A DNA stretch of 64,000 nt from an uncultured bacterium (GTDB lineage: Bacteria; Patescibacteriota; Patescibacteriia; UBA9570; XYC2-FULL-38-9), in NCBI GenBank assembly GCA_937996685.1, contig CALKUP010000006.1:1-64000 (forward strand). Direction: 5' to 3'. Below, piece by piece: positions 1 through 10,265 of the stretch. Made by a program: the position numbers and the translations under genes. How positions within the stretch are numbered: position 1 is the stretch's first letter; every line of letters starts with the position of its first letter. The notes below the pieces were generated by a model. That model saw only the letters and a program-made list of their open reading frames with translations. It ran no database searches and was not told the origin of the DNA.

Positions 1-50
1 GATCTACACAGGCGAAGACACTCTTTCCCTACACGACGCTCTTCCGATCT
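1..50 (+). other. Non-biological sequence: Illumina TruSeq universal (P5) adapter fragment GATCTACAC + 8-nt i5 index AGGCGAAG + ACACTCTTTCCCTACACGACGCTCTTCCGATCT
   Basis: Exact 50-nt identity to the 3' part of the TruSeq universal adapter, with an index slot. The genomic insert starts at nt 51. Confidence 0.9.
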
Positions 51-2878
51 TTTTCCCATTCAAATCGAATCGCGTCGTCGATTTCCGGAGCATCTTCGAG
101 GACGATTTTTGGCACAGCGTGCGTTTCAAGATTTGCAAACAGGTTGAATTGACCAGACGCGCGTTCAGCCGATTGGTGTTTAATAAATTGCAAAAAGCTG
201 TCCATGTTCGCGAGCAAAATGTGTTGCGGAGCAATCGGTTTCATCGCGCCACTTTTTGTCAGACTCTCAAGTGATTTTTTATTCAAATCTTTATCTTGGA
301 TCCGCGTTAAAATATCTTCAATCGATGTGAATGGTCCGTTTTTTTCACGCTCGTCAATAAGCACCGTCACAATATTGTCACCGACATTTTTAATGGCATG
401 CAAACCAAATCGAATCGCGGTTTTATGTTCATCGCCAGTACTATTCGACACTTGAACGACAGTGAAATTTCCAGCGCTCTCATTAATGTCTGGAGGAAGG
501 ACTCGGATACCCATTTCTTCTGCGTGCGCGACTTCAATCGCAATTCGGTCTGTGTCATCACGATCCGCATTCATCAGCGCCGCCATAAACTCAGCTGGAT
601 AATTCGCTTTCAAATAGGCAGTGCGATACGCAATCATCGCGTAACACGCCGCATGCGAGCGGTTGAAACCATAACGGGCGAACGGCAAAATAAATTCCCA
701 AATCTGTTTCGCAATCGCAGAGCTCATGCCATTTTTGACCATCCCGTCAATCATTTTGTATTCCTGTTCATCAAGCAAGGCTTTGTCCTTTTTACCTACC
801 GCTTTTCGAAGGACGTCCGCTTCACCATAGGTAAAACCAGCCAGCGAGCGGGCGATTTCCATGATTTGTTCTTGATACACGGCAATACCGTATGTTTTTT
901 CAAGAATCGGCTTCAATGAATCGTGAATATAGGTAATTTCACGTTTGCCGTGCTTGCCTTCAATATATGTTGGAATAAACTCCATTGGACCTGGGCGATA
1001 GAGCGACACCATCACAATAATATCTTCAATTTCAGTTGGTTTGAGTTGTTTGAGATACCGCCGCATACCCGAACTTTCCAATTGGAAGACGCCGATCGTT
1101 TGGGCTTTTTTCAGGAGCTGAAATGTTTTGGTGTCGTCTAGTGGGATGCTGTCGATTTTGAATTTTTCACCGTTGTGGGTTTTTTCAATAATCTTCAACG
1201 TGTCTTCAATAATGCTCAAATTCTTGAGGCCCAAAAAGTCCATTTTCAAGAGACCGAGTTTTTCAATCGGGTTCATTGAATATTGGGTGATAATACTGCT
1301 GCCGCCCGCTTGATCGAGTTGCAGGGGAACGCTGGTTGTTAGTGGGTCTTTTGTGATCACAACCGCGCAAGCGTGAATTGATGTGTGACGCGCGACGCCT
1401 TCAAGTTTTTTCGCGATCGCAACCAGACGCTGCGCGTCAGCATCGTCATTCATCATTTGTCGGAGCTCTGGAACGGTTTCAACCGCTTCGGTCAGAGAAG
1501 TGAACATTGGAATCAGTTTTGAAATGCGATCGCAATAACCATACGACAATCCAAGAACGCGACCAACGTCACGAATGCCGGCGCGCGCTCCGATTGTTCC
1601 GAATGTGATGATTTGCGCGACATGACTTTTTCCGTATTTGCGTTCAACATAGCGCAACACATCGTCACGACGGGTATCCGCAAAGTCAGTATCGATATCA
1701 GGCATCGAGACACGTTCTGGGTTCAAGAAACGCTCGAAGATTAATTCGTATCGAATCGGATCGATATCAGTAATTCCGGTTAAGAACGCAACGATACTTC
1801 CAGCCGCAGATCCACGACCAGGCCCCACGGCGATCCCTTCATTTTTCGCCCAGTTAATAAAGTCTTGAACGATTAAAAAGTAGGAGGCGTATCCGGTTTT
1901 TTCAATGACAGACAACTCATATTCTAAACGCTTGCGAATTTCATCGGTGATCTCTTCGTACTTTTCCTTCATTCCAGTTTCGCACAGCTCGCGCAAATAT
2001 CCTTCGGCAGTGACGCCTTCTGGCAGAGCGTATGATGGCAAATGGAGGGTTTCCAAATCAATGTTAATGTCAACGCTGTCCGCAATTTTGACAGTGTTGT
2101 CGGTTGCGCGTTCAAAGTCGGCAAATTCCGCAACCATAAATTCTGGCGTCTTCAATGACAGGTCTTCGTGTCGCATGGAGAAGCGGTCAGTGTCACCGAG
2201 TAATTTTTTTGTACCGATACAGACCAACACATCTTGCGCTTCATTATCTTCCGCGTTCACATAATGTGAGTCAGCGGTCGCGACAAATTCAATGCCGAGT
2301 TCGTCGTGGAGTTTGCGCAAACCGTCGTTGACAATCAGTTGCTCGGGAATGGTATTTTTTTGGACTTCTAAATAAAACCGCTCTTTTCCAAAAATATCGA
2401 GAAATTCATTCGCGATTGATTTTGCTTTGTCATATTCACCACTGGCAAGAGCGCGAGGAATTTGCCCAGACAAACAACCGGAAAGGGCAATGATGCCTTC
2501 GTTGTATTCTGCCAAAAGCTCCATATCGATGCGCGGCTTGTAATAAAAGCCTTCGAGATTGGCGATTGTTAAGAGCTTGATGAGGTTTTCGTACCCGGTG
2601 TTATTTTGTGCGAGCAAAATCAAATGATACGGTCGTTCTTTTGGTGTTTTTGTGTGAATCGATTCCGGGGCGACATACATCTCAATCCCGATAATCGGTT
2701 TGATCCCACCGTATTTTGCGGCTTGATAAAACTCAATCGCCGCATGTAAATTTCCATGATCAGTGAGCGCGACTGCTGAACTTCCTTGTTCTTTGACGGC
2801 AGCAACAAGTTCCGGAATTTTTGTAAGACCGTCAAGAAGCGAGTAGTGCGAGTGCGTGTGAAGATGGACGAAATTCAT
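51..2878 (-). CDS. dnaE: DNA polymerase III alpha subunit DnaE, N-terminal ~940 aa; C-terminus lost at contig/adapter edge
   Basis: N-terminus MNFVHLHTHSHYSLLDG is a PHP domain. Pol III alpha catalytic core motifs are present. GGAAGG RBS upstream. The ORF runs into the adapter, so it is truncated. Confidence 0.93.
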
Positions 2879-2881
2879 GTG

Positions 2882-3262
2882 CTATTCCTTCCGACGTCGT
2901 CCTCCACGGCTCGTTGTTTTCTTTACTGATTTTACAATATCCATCACATTGCCAATTTCTCCAGCAATAAATGAAAGAGTGTTTGCGGATGTGATCACAC
3001 GGTCTTTGACGGCCATGATAGCTTCTTCAATTTCTGCAATTTTGACACGCAGGTCAGCGATCACTTCATTGCCTTGTTTTAAAATTTGCACAACGTAAAA
3101 AATTGCCCAGACCAAAAATCCTGTGAACACGAGCAGACAGATAGACAAAACGCCGTAGAAAATATCAATGCTGGTTGAATACATATCCTCCAAAATATTA
3201 ATGCTTTGTTTTGAGTATAGCATAGATTGTAGAGAGTCTTCAAGAATGGTATACTTTTTCAC
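2882..3262 (-). CDS. Small membrane protein, DUF948-like (TM helix + coiled coil)
   Basis: TM segment LSICLLVFTGFLVWAIFYVV followed by an EIEEAIMAVKDRV coiled coil. Sits 4 nt upstream of the dnaE start, so likely co-transcribed. The true start may be an internal Met. Confidence 0.5.
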   Translation of the reverse strand: MKKYTILEDSLQSMLYSKQSINILEDMYSTSIDIFYGVLSICLLVFTGFLVWAIFYVVQILKQGNEVIADLRVKIAEIEEAIMAVKDRVITSANTLSFIAGEIGNVMDIVKSVKKTTSRGGRRRKE

Positions 3263-4123
3263 ATGAGTGATGAAATCAGACAGCCATCTGAAAAAACCTT
3301 ACGTCGAGGATACTGGATTGCAACCCATCAAGAGGAGTTGCGACGTGATGTTGTTATTGGTGTCGGTTCTGTCGTTGGTCTGATTGTCGCAATTGCGTTG
3401 TTGATGTTGGGTCGATATCTTATTCAAATCCCAATGACGAATCGCGTTGATGCCGCGCTTGTGAGTCCGATTATTTCATTGCCGGCGACACGGATTCCAC
3501 AGGGAATTGTCGTGTCTGAATCAACTGCAGTCGCGCAAGGCAATAACACGATCGGTGTATTGGTCTATTTAAAAAATCCGAATGCGGCCTGGAACGCAAC
3601 CTCTATAGAATATGAAGTGTTTGCTGGAGCAAGTGCTGTGCCAATGTCAATTGAAACGTTAGCGCCGAATCAAGAAAAAGTGTTACTTGCAACTGACGTG
3701 CCGTTTTCTGGAACATCGCTGCCGGCAGTGCGTGTGACAGTGAAAAAGGTTGTGTGGAAAAAAACAATCGATATCGCACAGCGGCCGACGCAAAACTGGA
3801 CCTTCGTCAAACCTGATTTACGAGCGATTGCCGGCACTTCATCGAGTAGTGATTTACCGTATCAATCAGAGCTTGCAGTAACCGTGCGCAATGGTTCGGT
3901 CTACGGCTATAAAAATGTCTCTGTCGTTGCGATTATTCCGGGTTCAGACGGGAAGCCAAAAGCGGCGGCGCGAATTTTGCTTGATCGCATCACATCATTA
4001 GAGTCGCGCGATTTGGTGTTTCGATTTTCGTCACGTCTCATCGGATCTGTTCAGCCGCAAATTTTTGTGAATACCGATCTTGTCAATGAAGACCGGTTAA
4101 TCCGCGACATTGTTTCAGACTAA
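3263..4123 (+). CDS. Hypothetical single-pass membrane protein
   Basis: 286-aa ORF with an N-terminal TM helix (VVIGVGSVVGLIVAIALLMLG). Ends 7 nt before the SEDS gene on the same strand. No recognisable family. Confidence 0.5.
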   Translation: MSDEIRQPSEKTLRRGYWIATHQEELRRDVVIGVGSVVGLIVAIALLMLGRYLIQIPMTNRVDAALVSPIISLPATRIPQGIVVSESTAVAQGNNTIGVLVYLKNPNAAWNATSIEYEVFAGASAVPMSIETLAPNQEKVLLATDVPFSGTSLPAVRVTVKKVVWKKTIDIAQRPTQNWTFVKPDLRAIAGTSSSSDLPYQSELAVTVRNGSVYGYKNVSVVAIIPGSDGKPKAAARILLDRITSLESRDLVFRFSSRLIGSVQPQIFVNTDLVNEDRLIRDIVSD

Positions 4124-4129
4124 AAAGAT

Positions 4130-5266
4130 ATGGCAAAAACATTTCGTGTTCTTCCGATGCTCCGTGTCGCTCAAGTGATTGATTGGTGGTATGTCAGTGC
4201 TATTGCTGTCATGGTCTCTTTTGGACTGCTCATGCAGTACAGTATTTCAACGAATAAAGATGCGAGTGATCCTGAGCAGTTTCAAAAGCAAGTATTGTTT
4301 GTGTTGATTGGTGTCGCGCTGTTCGCTCTATTTTCCATTATCGATCATCGTCGCATCCGATTGCGTGTCGGCATGTGGTATGCGTTATGTTTTATTGCGC
4401 TGCTGTCTGTCCTTATCTTTGGTAAAACTATTCAAGGAACAAAAGGCTGGTTTGTGATTGCTGGATTTTCTTTGCAGCCGGTTGAATTTGTGAAACTTGG
4501 TTTTATTTTATTTATGGCGCATTACCTTGAAGGCAGTCTGACGCGCATGCGACAATGGCGGGTTGCGATGATCTCTGGGATTGCCGCGGCTGTATTGCTG
4601 CTCCTGATTTTACTGCAACCTGATCTTGGGTCTGCGATCATTCTGTTTGGCGTTTGGTTTTCGTACGTTCTATTTTTACGCGCACCAAAATCATTCATCG
4701 CTCTGGTGAGCCTGTCTGTTATTCTCGCGTCAATGCTTGGGTGGACTGTGTTATTTGAAGACTATCAAAAAGATCGGCTTGTGGTGTTTTTGAACCCACA
4801 AAAGTATGCGGAAAAAGAAGGGTACAACGTGGTCCAATCAATGATTGCCGTTGGTTCTGGCTCACTCTGGGGCAGAGGACTGGGCTTTGGGACGCAAAGT
4901 CAGCTCCATTTTTTGCCTGAAGTTGCCTCTGACTTTGTGTTTGCTGCCCTCGCAGAAGAATTTGGATTCATCGGGGTTGTGACTGTCATCGGCTCTCTCG
5001 GGATTATTTTAGTCCGGCTTTGGATGTACATGCGCTACACCACGGATGAATACTTCTTCTTGCTCTGTTTCGGTACGTTCTTTTACTTATTGATCCAAAG
5101 TACGATGATTATTGGGATGAACATCGGTATTATGCCTGTCACAGGAGCTCCATTGCCACTTGTGAGCGCTGGAGGATCCTCAATGATTATGACGCTCGGA
5201 TTACTTGGTTTGGTGCATTTTTTCGTTATTCATGGACAGGCTCGAAAAACCACTCTCTCAAGTTGA
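4130..5266 (+). CDS. SEDS-family peptidoglycan polymerase (FtsW/RodA)
   Basis: Ten TM helices. SEDS signature GSGSLWGRGLGFGTQSQLHFLPEVASDFVFAALAEEFGFIG. Confidence 0.9.
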   Translation: MAKTFRVLPMLRVAQVIDWWYVSAIAVMVSFGLLMQYSISTNKDASDPEQFQKQVLFVLIGVALFALFSIIDHRRIRLRVGMWYALCFIALLSVLIFGKTIQGTKGWFVIAGFSLQPVEFVKLGFILFMAHYLEGSLTRMRQWRVAMISGIAAAVLLLLILLQPDLGSAIILFGVWFSYVLFLRAPKSFIALVSLSVILASMLGWTVLFEDYQKDRLVVFLNPQKYAEKEGYNVVQSMIAVGSGSLWGRGLGFGTQSQLHFLPEVASDFVFAALAEEFGFIGVVTVIGSLGIILVRLWMYMRYTTDEYFFLLCFGTFFYLLIQSTMIIGMNIGIMPVTGAPLPLVSAGGSSMIMTLGLLGLVHFFVIHGQARKTTLSS

Positions 5267-5655
5267 CGAATCGGCATTTTTTCGTTATTCTGCCTGGCAT
5301 GCATCACCATCAATTGCCACATGAACGAAACGTCCCTTTAAACGGGCTTTGCGTTGTCTGTGAGCAAGAGATTCGACACGATGATTCAAGTATCGTAATC
5401 GAGCGTGATGATTTGCGTTGTTCGTATGGAGTGTGTGAAACATGCTCTAGTGCCCATTTAACCATTCAAATTGGCAAAGGGGAGTCAACCACCGCTGTGA
5501 GCATGCTCACGGACTGGAAACGTCGTGAAGTTGAATTTTTCTGGAAACAGGATGCGATTTCAGCAAACGATGTGATCGCTCTCCACGAAGCGCTTTCGGA
5601 TGCACATTTTTCTGCACAGCTTGTTCATGCAGACAACAATCATATTACTAAATAG
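5263..5655 (+). CDS. Hypothetical protein with CxxC...CxxC zinc-ribbon-like motif
   Basis: 130-aa ORF overlapping the SEDS stop by 4 nt. Contains CVVCEQ...CETCSS. Confidence 0.4.
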   Translation: MTNRHFFVILPGMHHHQLPHERNVPLNGLCVVCEQEIRHDDSSIVIERDDLRCSYGVCETCSSAHLTIQIGKGESTTAVSMLTDWKRREVEFFWKQDAISANDVIALHEALSDAHFSAQLVHADNNHITK

Positions 5656-5672
5656 TCAATTATTACTTACGT

Positions 5673-6350
5673 ATGTCAAACACTCTTACTCTCGCAGCTA
5701 GCAAGCGCGAACAAACTGGCCGCCAAGCAACTGCTGCGTTATTTGTCGAAAACCGCCTTCCAGCTGTTTTATACGGCCACGGAATCGAAACAGTGTCACT
5801 TTCTTTGAACGCTGTTGAATTTGATAAAGTACTTGCAGCCGCAGGTGAAAGTACACTCGTTGAACTATCTGTTGATGGTGGCGCTATGGTAAACGTGTTG
5901 ATTCACGATGTGACACGTAACGCTGTTTCTCATGCTGTAACACACGTTGACTTGTATCAAGTGCGTATGGATGAAAAAATTACAACAGAAGTTGAGTTTG
6001 TATTCGAAGGTGTTGCTCCAGCGGAAAAACAACTTGGCGGCGTCTTAGTTCGTAACATGACTCATGTACAAGTTGAATGTCTGCCAAAAGATTTACCACA
6101 TCATTTGGTTGTTGATATCACAACACTTGCGACATTCGACGACACAATTCGCGTTGAAGACCTTGTTGCTCCAGCCGGCGTTGTAATCCACCATGCAGCA
6201 GATGACGTGATCGCATTGGTTGAAGCACCTCGTACTGAGGCTGAACTTGAAGCATTGAATGAAGCAGTTGTAAACACAGTTGACCAAGTTGAGGTTGCTG
6301 GCGCGAAAAAGACTGACGAAGCAGCAGAAGGAGCGGAAGATAAAAAATAA
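5673..6350 (+). CDS. rplY: 50S ribosomal protein L25 / general stress protein Ctc
   Basis: bL25 beta-barrel N-domain (TGRQATAALFVENRLPAVLYGHG) plus a Ctc-type C-terminal extension with an acidic tail. Confidence 0.85.
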   Translation: MSNTLTLAASKREQTGRQATAALFVENRLPAVLYGHGIETVSLSLNAVEFDKVLAAAGESTLVELSVDGGAMVNVLIHDVTRNAVSHAVTHVDLYQVRMDEKITTEVEFVFEGVAPAEKQLGGVLVRNMTHVQVECLPKDLPHHLVVDITTLATFDDTIRVEDLVAPAGVVIHHAADDVIALVEAPRTEAELEALNEAVVNTVDQVEVAGAKKTDEAAEGAEDKK

Positions 6351-6377
6351 TAGCAATTTATTTCTAAGCACGCTTTT

Positions 6378-7520
6378 ATGGAAAACAACGAAACAAAGAC
6401 AAAAACAACAGGAGAGAAAGCGGGTTTTCTCTCTCGACTCAAAAACGATAAAAAAACACAACTCTGGGTTTCTGGGGTTGTTGTTTTTTTATTACTCGCT
6501 GTTGTTGGCGGTTTATTATACTCTTCAAAAAATAGCTCAAAGTCACAAGACGGCGACGACAAAGAGGTCGTAGTTGAAGATGTTTCAGCGACACTACAAC
6601 GTAAACTTGATGGTGTTGAAGTAGATAACGGCAAAGATAATATCTACCCAGTTGGTGTAATGATCGAAAACCTTGTCAGTGTTCGTCCACAATCTGGACT
6701 TTCAAAAGCCGGTGTTGTCTATGAAGCGCTCGCAGAAGGTGGTATCACACGCTTTTTGGCAGTGTTTGCGAGTGACGCTTCAATGGATAAAGTTGGTCCC
6801 GTTCGTTCAGCGCGTGATTATTATGTTCGTCTTGCTGGTGAGTATAACGCTGTGTATGCGCATGCAGGTGGAAGCCCAGAAGCGCTCGCGTTGTTGCAAT
6901 CTGACAAGCACGTGTTAGACGGCAATGCCTTAACAGGTGGCCAACAGCAGTTTTTTAAACGTGATACAGCGATTGCTGCACCACACAACTTATTTACAAA
7001 TTCCTTTTTGTTAAACGAGTTGCGAAAAAATAAAAACGTCCTCGATACTGAAGGTGATTTCACTGGCTGGAAATTCGCAACAAAAACAATGCAAGCAACA
7101 GAAGGATCTGCTGACGCGACAAGTATTCATATTGATTTTTCTTCTCGTGATTACACCGCGGACTATTCATATAACGCAGAAGATGGTGTGTATGAACGAT
7201 CAAACGGCGGCGTTGCGCATACAGACGCTCTGACAAAAAAACAAATCACCGTCAAAAATATTGTCGTGCAAAAAACAGAAGTTGCTGCAAGTGGGGATGA
7301 CAAAGGACGTGTTGATGTGACAACAACAGGTGACGGGAACGCGTTGATTTTCATCAATGGAAAAGTGACAGAAGGCACCTGGAAATTTGATGCAACAGAA
7401 AACCGCACACGATTTTATGACGCAGCAGACAATGAAGTCGTATTTGAACCAGGAAACACATGGGTAGAAGTTGTTCCAAGTGATCGTACTGTTGAGTACA
7501 CAGCCCAAGAGGCACAATAA
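6378..7520 (+). CDS. DUF3048-family membrane-anchored protein (YerB-like)
   Basis: N-terminal TM, low-complexity linker, then motifs PVGVMIEN...RPQSGLSKAGVVYE...EGGITRFLAVF...GPVRSARDYY that I recall as DUF3048/YerB-like. Confidence 0.6.
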   Translation: MENNETKTKTTGEKAGFLSRLKNDKKTQLWVSGVVVFLLLAVVGGLLYSSKNSSKSQDGDDKEVVVEDVSATLQRKLDGVEVDNGKDNIYPVGVMIENLVSVRPQSGLSKAGVVYEALAEGGITRFLAVFASDASMDKVGPVRSARDYYVRLAGEYNAVYAHAGGSPEALALLQSDKHVLDGNALTGGQQQFFKRDTAIAAPHNLFTNSFLLNELRKNKNVLDTEGDFTGWKFATKTMQATEGSADATSIHIDFSSRDYTADYSYNAEDGVYERSNGGVAHTDALTKKQITVKNIVVQKTEVAASGDDKGRVDVTTTGDGNALIFINGKVTEGTWKFDATENRTRFYDAADNEVVFEPGNTWVEVVPSDRTVEYTAQEAQ

Positions 7521-7538
7521 TTCGTTTTACAAGATTGT

Positions 7539-8726
7539 ATGTCAACGAAAAAACCACATATCGAGGGTGAAGAGGGTAGCGAGCACACGCATCGCACAAA
7601 AAAAGAGCTTCACCCATATTTGCGTTCATTAAAAGAGCATCGTTTTGCAACTGTCGGTTTAGTCGTTGCAGTTATCGCGCTTTGTGCCGTTGGTGGATTT
7701 GCATACTATCAATCACAACAACCAGGGCCATCTGTGGTGAGCCAAATTGTTGATACGGTTACAGAAGAGCCCGTTGTTGTTCCGGAAGAGTCGAAAGAAA
7801 TCCCGCGACATATTGATGGCGTGATTGTGCCACGTGAAGAGGCGAATCCACATCTTGTCTGTGTCATGATTGAAAACGCAGCCTTTGGTGGAGTGCGCCC
7901 ACAATCCGGACTCTCAAAAGCATCTGTGGTCTACGAGGTTATTGTTGAAGGTGGAATCACACGGTTAATGGCCGTATTCGCAAATGACGATGACGACAAG
8001 GCCGATATTATTGGTCCGGTTCGTTCAGCGCGTGATACCTATCTAGAATTTGCTGCTGAATATAATTGTCCGTATGCCCATGCTGGCGGCAGTTACACTG
8101 CGATGCTCGCGCTTCGTGAACGTAATTTCCGTGATGTTGACGGCTTAAAAGAGCGTGGTTTTTATCGTCGTGCTGGAAAAGTTTCTCCACATAATTTGTT
8201 TATTAGCTGGGATGATTTGCAAACACTTGCTGGCGGCCACAATTGGCGCGATGAAGCTCCGACATACACACCATGGGCATTTGCAGATCCACTTGATACA
8301 GCGGCTCGCCCAGGCAATGACGCGACAAACAAAGCCCGTACAGTGAAAGTTGGTTTCGGTGGTTCTTATGATGTTGAATTCCGATACAACGCCGATGAAA
8401 ATGTGTATGAACGATACGATGGCGGTGTTGCGCATAAAGATGAACTAACAAACGACGTGATCAAAACAAAAAATGTTGTGTTGTACCATGTTGCAGACGG
8501 CGATTCTATTGAAGGCAAAGGACGCATCAATTGGCCTGTAACACGCCCAGAAGGTGGCGATGTTGATATTATCCACGACGGCATGGTGACAAAAGGCAAA
8601 TGGAAAAAAGGTGCTGCATCTGAACGAGTTTCATTTGTTGACGCTGACGGGAAAGATATCCCGCTTACTCGCGGAAACACGTGGGTTGAAGTCGTGCCGC
8701 CACATATTAGTAGTAGCATTGAATAA
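7539..8726 (+). CDS. DUF3048-family membrane-anchored protein, tandem paralog
   Basis: Same architecture and motifs as the upstream gene (VCVMIEN...RPQSGLSKASVVYE...EGGITRLMAVF...GPVRSARDTY). Divergent tandem duplication. Confidence 0.6.
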   Translation: MSTKKPHIEGEEGSEHTHRTKKELHPYLRSLKEHRFATVGLVVAVIALCAVGGFAYYQSQQPGPSVVSQIVDTVTEEPVVVPEESKEIPRHIDGVIVPREEANPHLVCVMIENAAFGGVRPQSGLSKASVVYEVIVEGGITRLMAVFANDDDDKADIIGPVRSARDTYLEFAAEYNCPYAHAGGSYTAMLALRERNFRDVDGLKERGFYRRAGKVSPHNLFISWDDLQTLAGGHNWRDEAPTYTPWAFADPLDTAARPGNDATNKARTVKVGFGGSYDVEFRYNADENVYERYDGGVAHKDELTNDVIKTKNVVLYHVADGDSIEGKGRINWPVTRPEGGDVDIIHDGMVTKGKWKKGAASERVSFVDADGKDIPLTRGNTWVEVVPPHISSSIE

Positions 8727-8732
8727 GATTGT

Positions 8733-10265
8733 ATGAAATTACGACGGTTGAACGAATATCAAAAATATCGCTTATTAGAAATGCTGCCTGGCACCGTTGT
8801 CTGGCTCGCACTTATTTCTGTTGTTGTATTGATTTTCGTCAAACCGCTCTGGATGATTTATGTAGCGATTTTATTTGACCTCTATTGGTTGCTGCGTGTC
8901 TGGTATTTTATTACATACCTGACAAAATCATGGCTTGCATATCGTAAAGCTGCCCAAATCGATTGGAATGCACGTGTTGAAACACACGCGAACTGGAAAG
9001 AATACAAGCACTTGGTCTTTCTGCCGACACTAGACGAAGATATTGATATTATTCGAGAGACATTAAACGCGATGAAACAATCGTTGTTTGATACCAAGCA
9101 AGTATACATCGTTCTTGCTGGAGAAGAGCGTCAACAAGAACACTTTGTTCCGATTGCAGACCAACTCAAAGCAGAGTACGCCGATGTATTTGGCGGTTTT
9201 TTGGTGACAGTCCATCCAAAAGACATTCCCGGTGAAATTGCTGCCAAAGGATCAAACTTGCATTATGCCGGCGGTCAAGCGCAGACCTGGGTTGATTCAA
9301 TGGGCTTTGATTATGCAAAGGTCATTGTATCTGCGTTTGATATCGATACAATCGTACACAAACAGTATTTTGCATGTTTAACAGCAATGTACATTGAGCA
9401 TCCAGACCCAACACGCAGCAGCTTTCAACCGCTTGCTGTATATAACAATAATGTCTGGGAATCATTTTCGTTTGCTCGTGTCGTTGCGAATTCAACAACG
9501 TTTTGGTTGATGGCAGAACTGGCTCGTCCAAAGCCACTGTGGACATTTTCTTCACATGCAATGAGTTTCAAAGCGTTAGTTGACGTTGGTTTTTGGCAGT
9601 CTGATATCGTGACTGAAGACTCTCGCATTTTCTTGCAATGCTATCTCTATTACGATGGTCAATATGAAGTAACACCGATGTATATTCCAGTATCAATGGA
9701 TACAGCGCATGGTGGAACACTCTGGGGAACAATGAAAAACCTCTACAAACAACAACGTCGTTGGGCGTGGGGAATTGAACATTTCCCATTCATGATTTGG
9801 CATTTCCGGAAGAACCAGCTCAATCCAAAGAAGTGGCATTTATTATTTAATTTGACTGAAGGGATGTTTTCTTGGGCAACTGCGCCACTGCTGATTACCA
9901 TGCTTGGGTATTTGCCGTTGTGGCTTATTACGCCTGATGATCAAGCAACTGTTATTGCGCAAACAGCACCATTTATTCTGCAATGGCTGATGCGTCTTGC
10001 GATGGTCGGTATTATTTTTTCCGCAACTTTAAATGTCTATTTACTTCCTCGAGAAATTCCCGGCAATCGTTTATTGAAAGTGCTCATCATGATTCTGCAA
10101 TGGCTGATGTTGCCAATTGCGCTTATTTTCTTCGGTTCTATTCCAGCTATTGATGCGCAAACACGCATGTTGTTTGGGAAATATCTCGGTTTTTATACTG
10201 CAAAAAAAGTCCGCAAAGAAGCATTGCCGCACCATGTTGAAGGTGGGACAGGGGCTCCGTTATAA
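8733..10265 (+). CDS. Processive family-2 glycosyltransferase (cellulose/chitin/hyaluronan-synthase-like), polytopic membrane protein
   Basis: Two N-terminal TMs, a cytoplasmic GT-A domain with D, DxD (FDIDT), TED (VTEDSRIF) and QxxRW (QQRRWAWG) motifs, then C-terminal TMs. Confidence 0.65.
   Translation: MKLRRLNEYQKYRLLEMLPGTVVWLALISVVVLIFVKPLWMIYVAILFDLYWLLRVWYFITYLTKSWLAYRKAAQIDWNARVETHANWKEYKHLVFLPTLDEDIDIIRETLNAMKQSLFDTKQVYIVLAGEERQQEHFVPIADQLKAEYADVFGGFLVTVHPKDIPGEIAAKGSNLHYAGGQAQTWVDSMGFDYAKVIVSAFDIDTIVHKQYFACLTAMYIEHPDPTRSSFQPLAVYNNNVWESFSFARVVANSTTFWLMAELARPKPLWTFSSHAMSFKALVDVGFWQSDIVTEDSRIFLQCYLYYDGQYEVTPMYIPVSMDTAHGGTLWGTMKNLYKQQRRWAWGIEHFPFMIWHFRKNQLNPKKWHLLFNLTEGMFSWATAPLLITMLGYLPLWLITPDDQATVIAQTAPFILQWLMRLAMVGIIFSATLNVYLLPREIPGNRLLKVLIMILQWLMLPIALIFFGSIPAIDAQTRMLFGKYLGFYTAKKVRKEALPHHVEGGTGAPL

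Noticed and set aside
204-2264. Several 60-170-aa ORFs on the plus strand inside the dnaE region
   Set aside because: They all lie antisense within the well-supported dnaE coding sequence and have no recognisable motifs.
6101-6634. 177-aa Ser/Thr-rich ORF on the minus strand
   Set aside because: It is antisense to the conserved rplY 3' end and to the start of the DUF3048 gene. Its composition is low-complexity, as expected for a shadow ORF.
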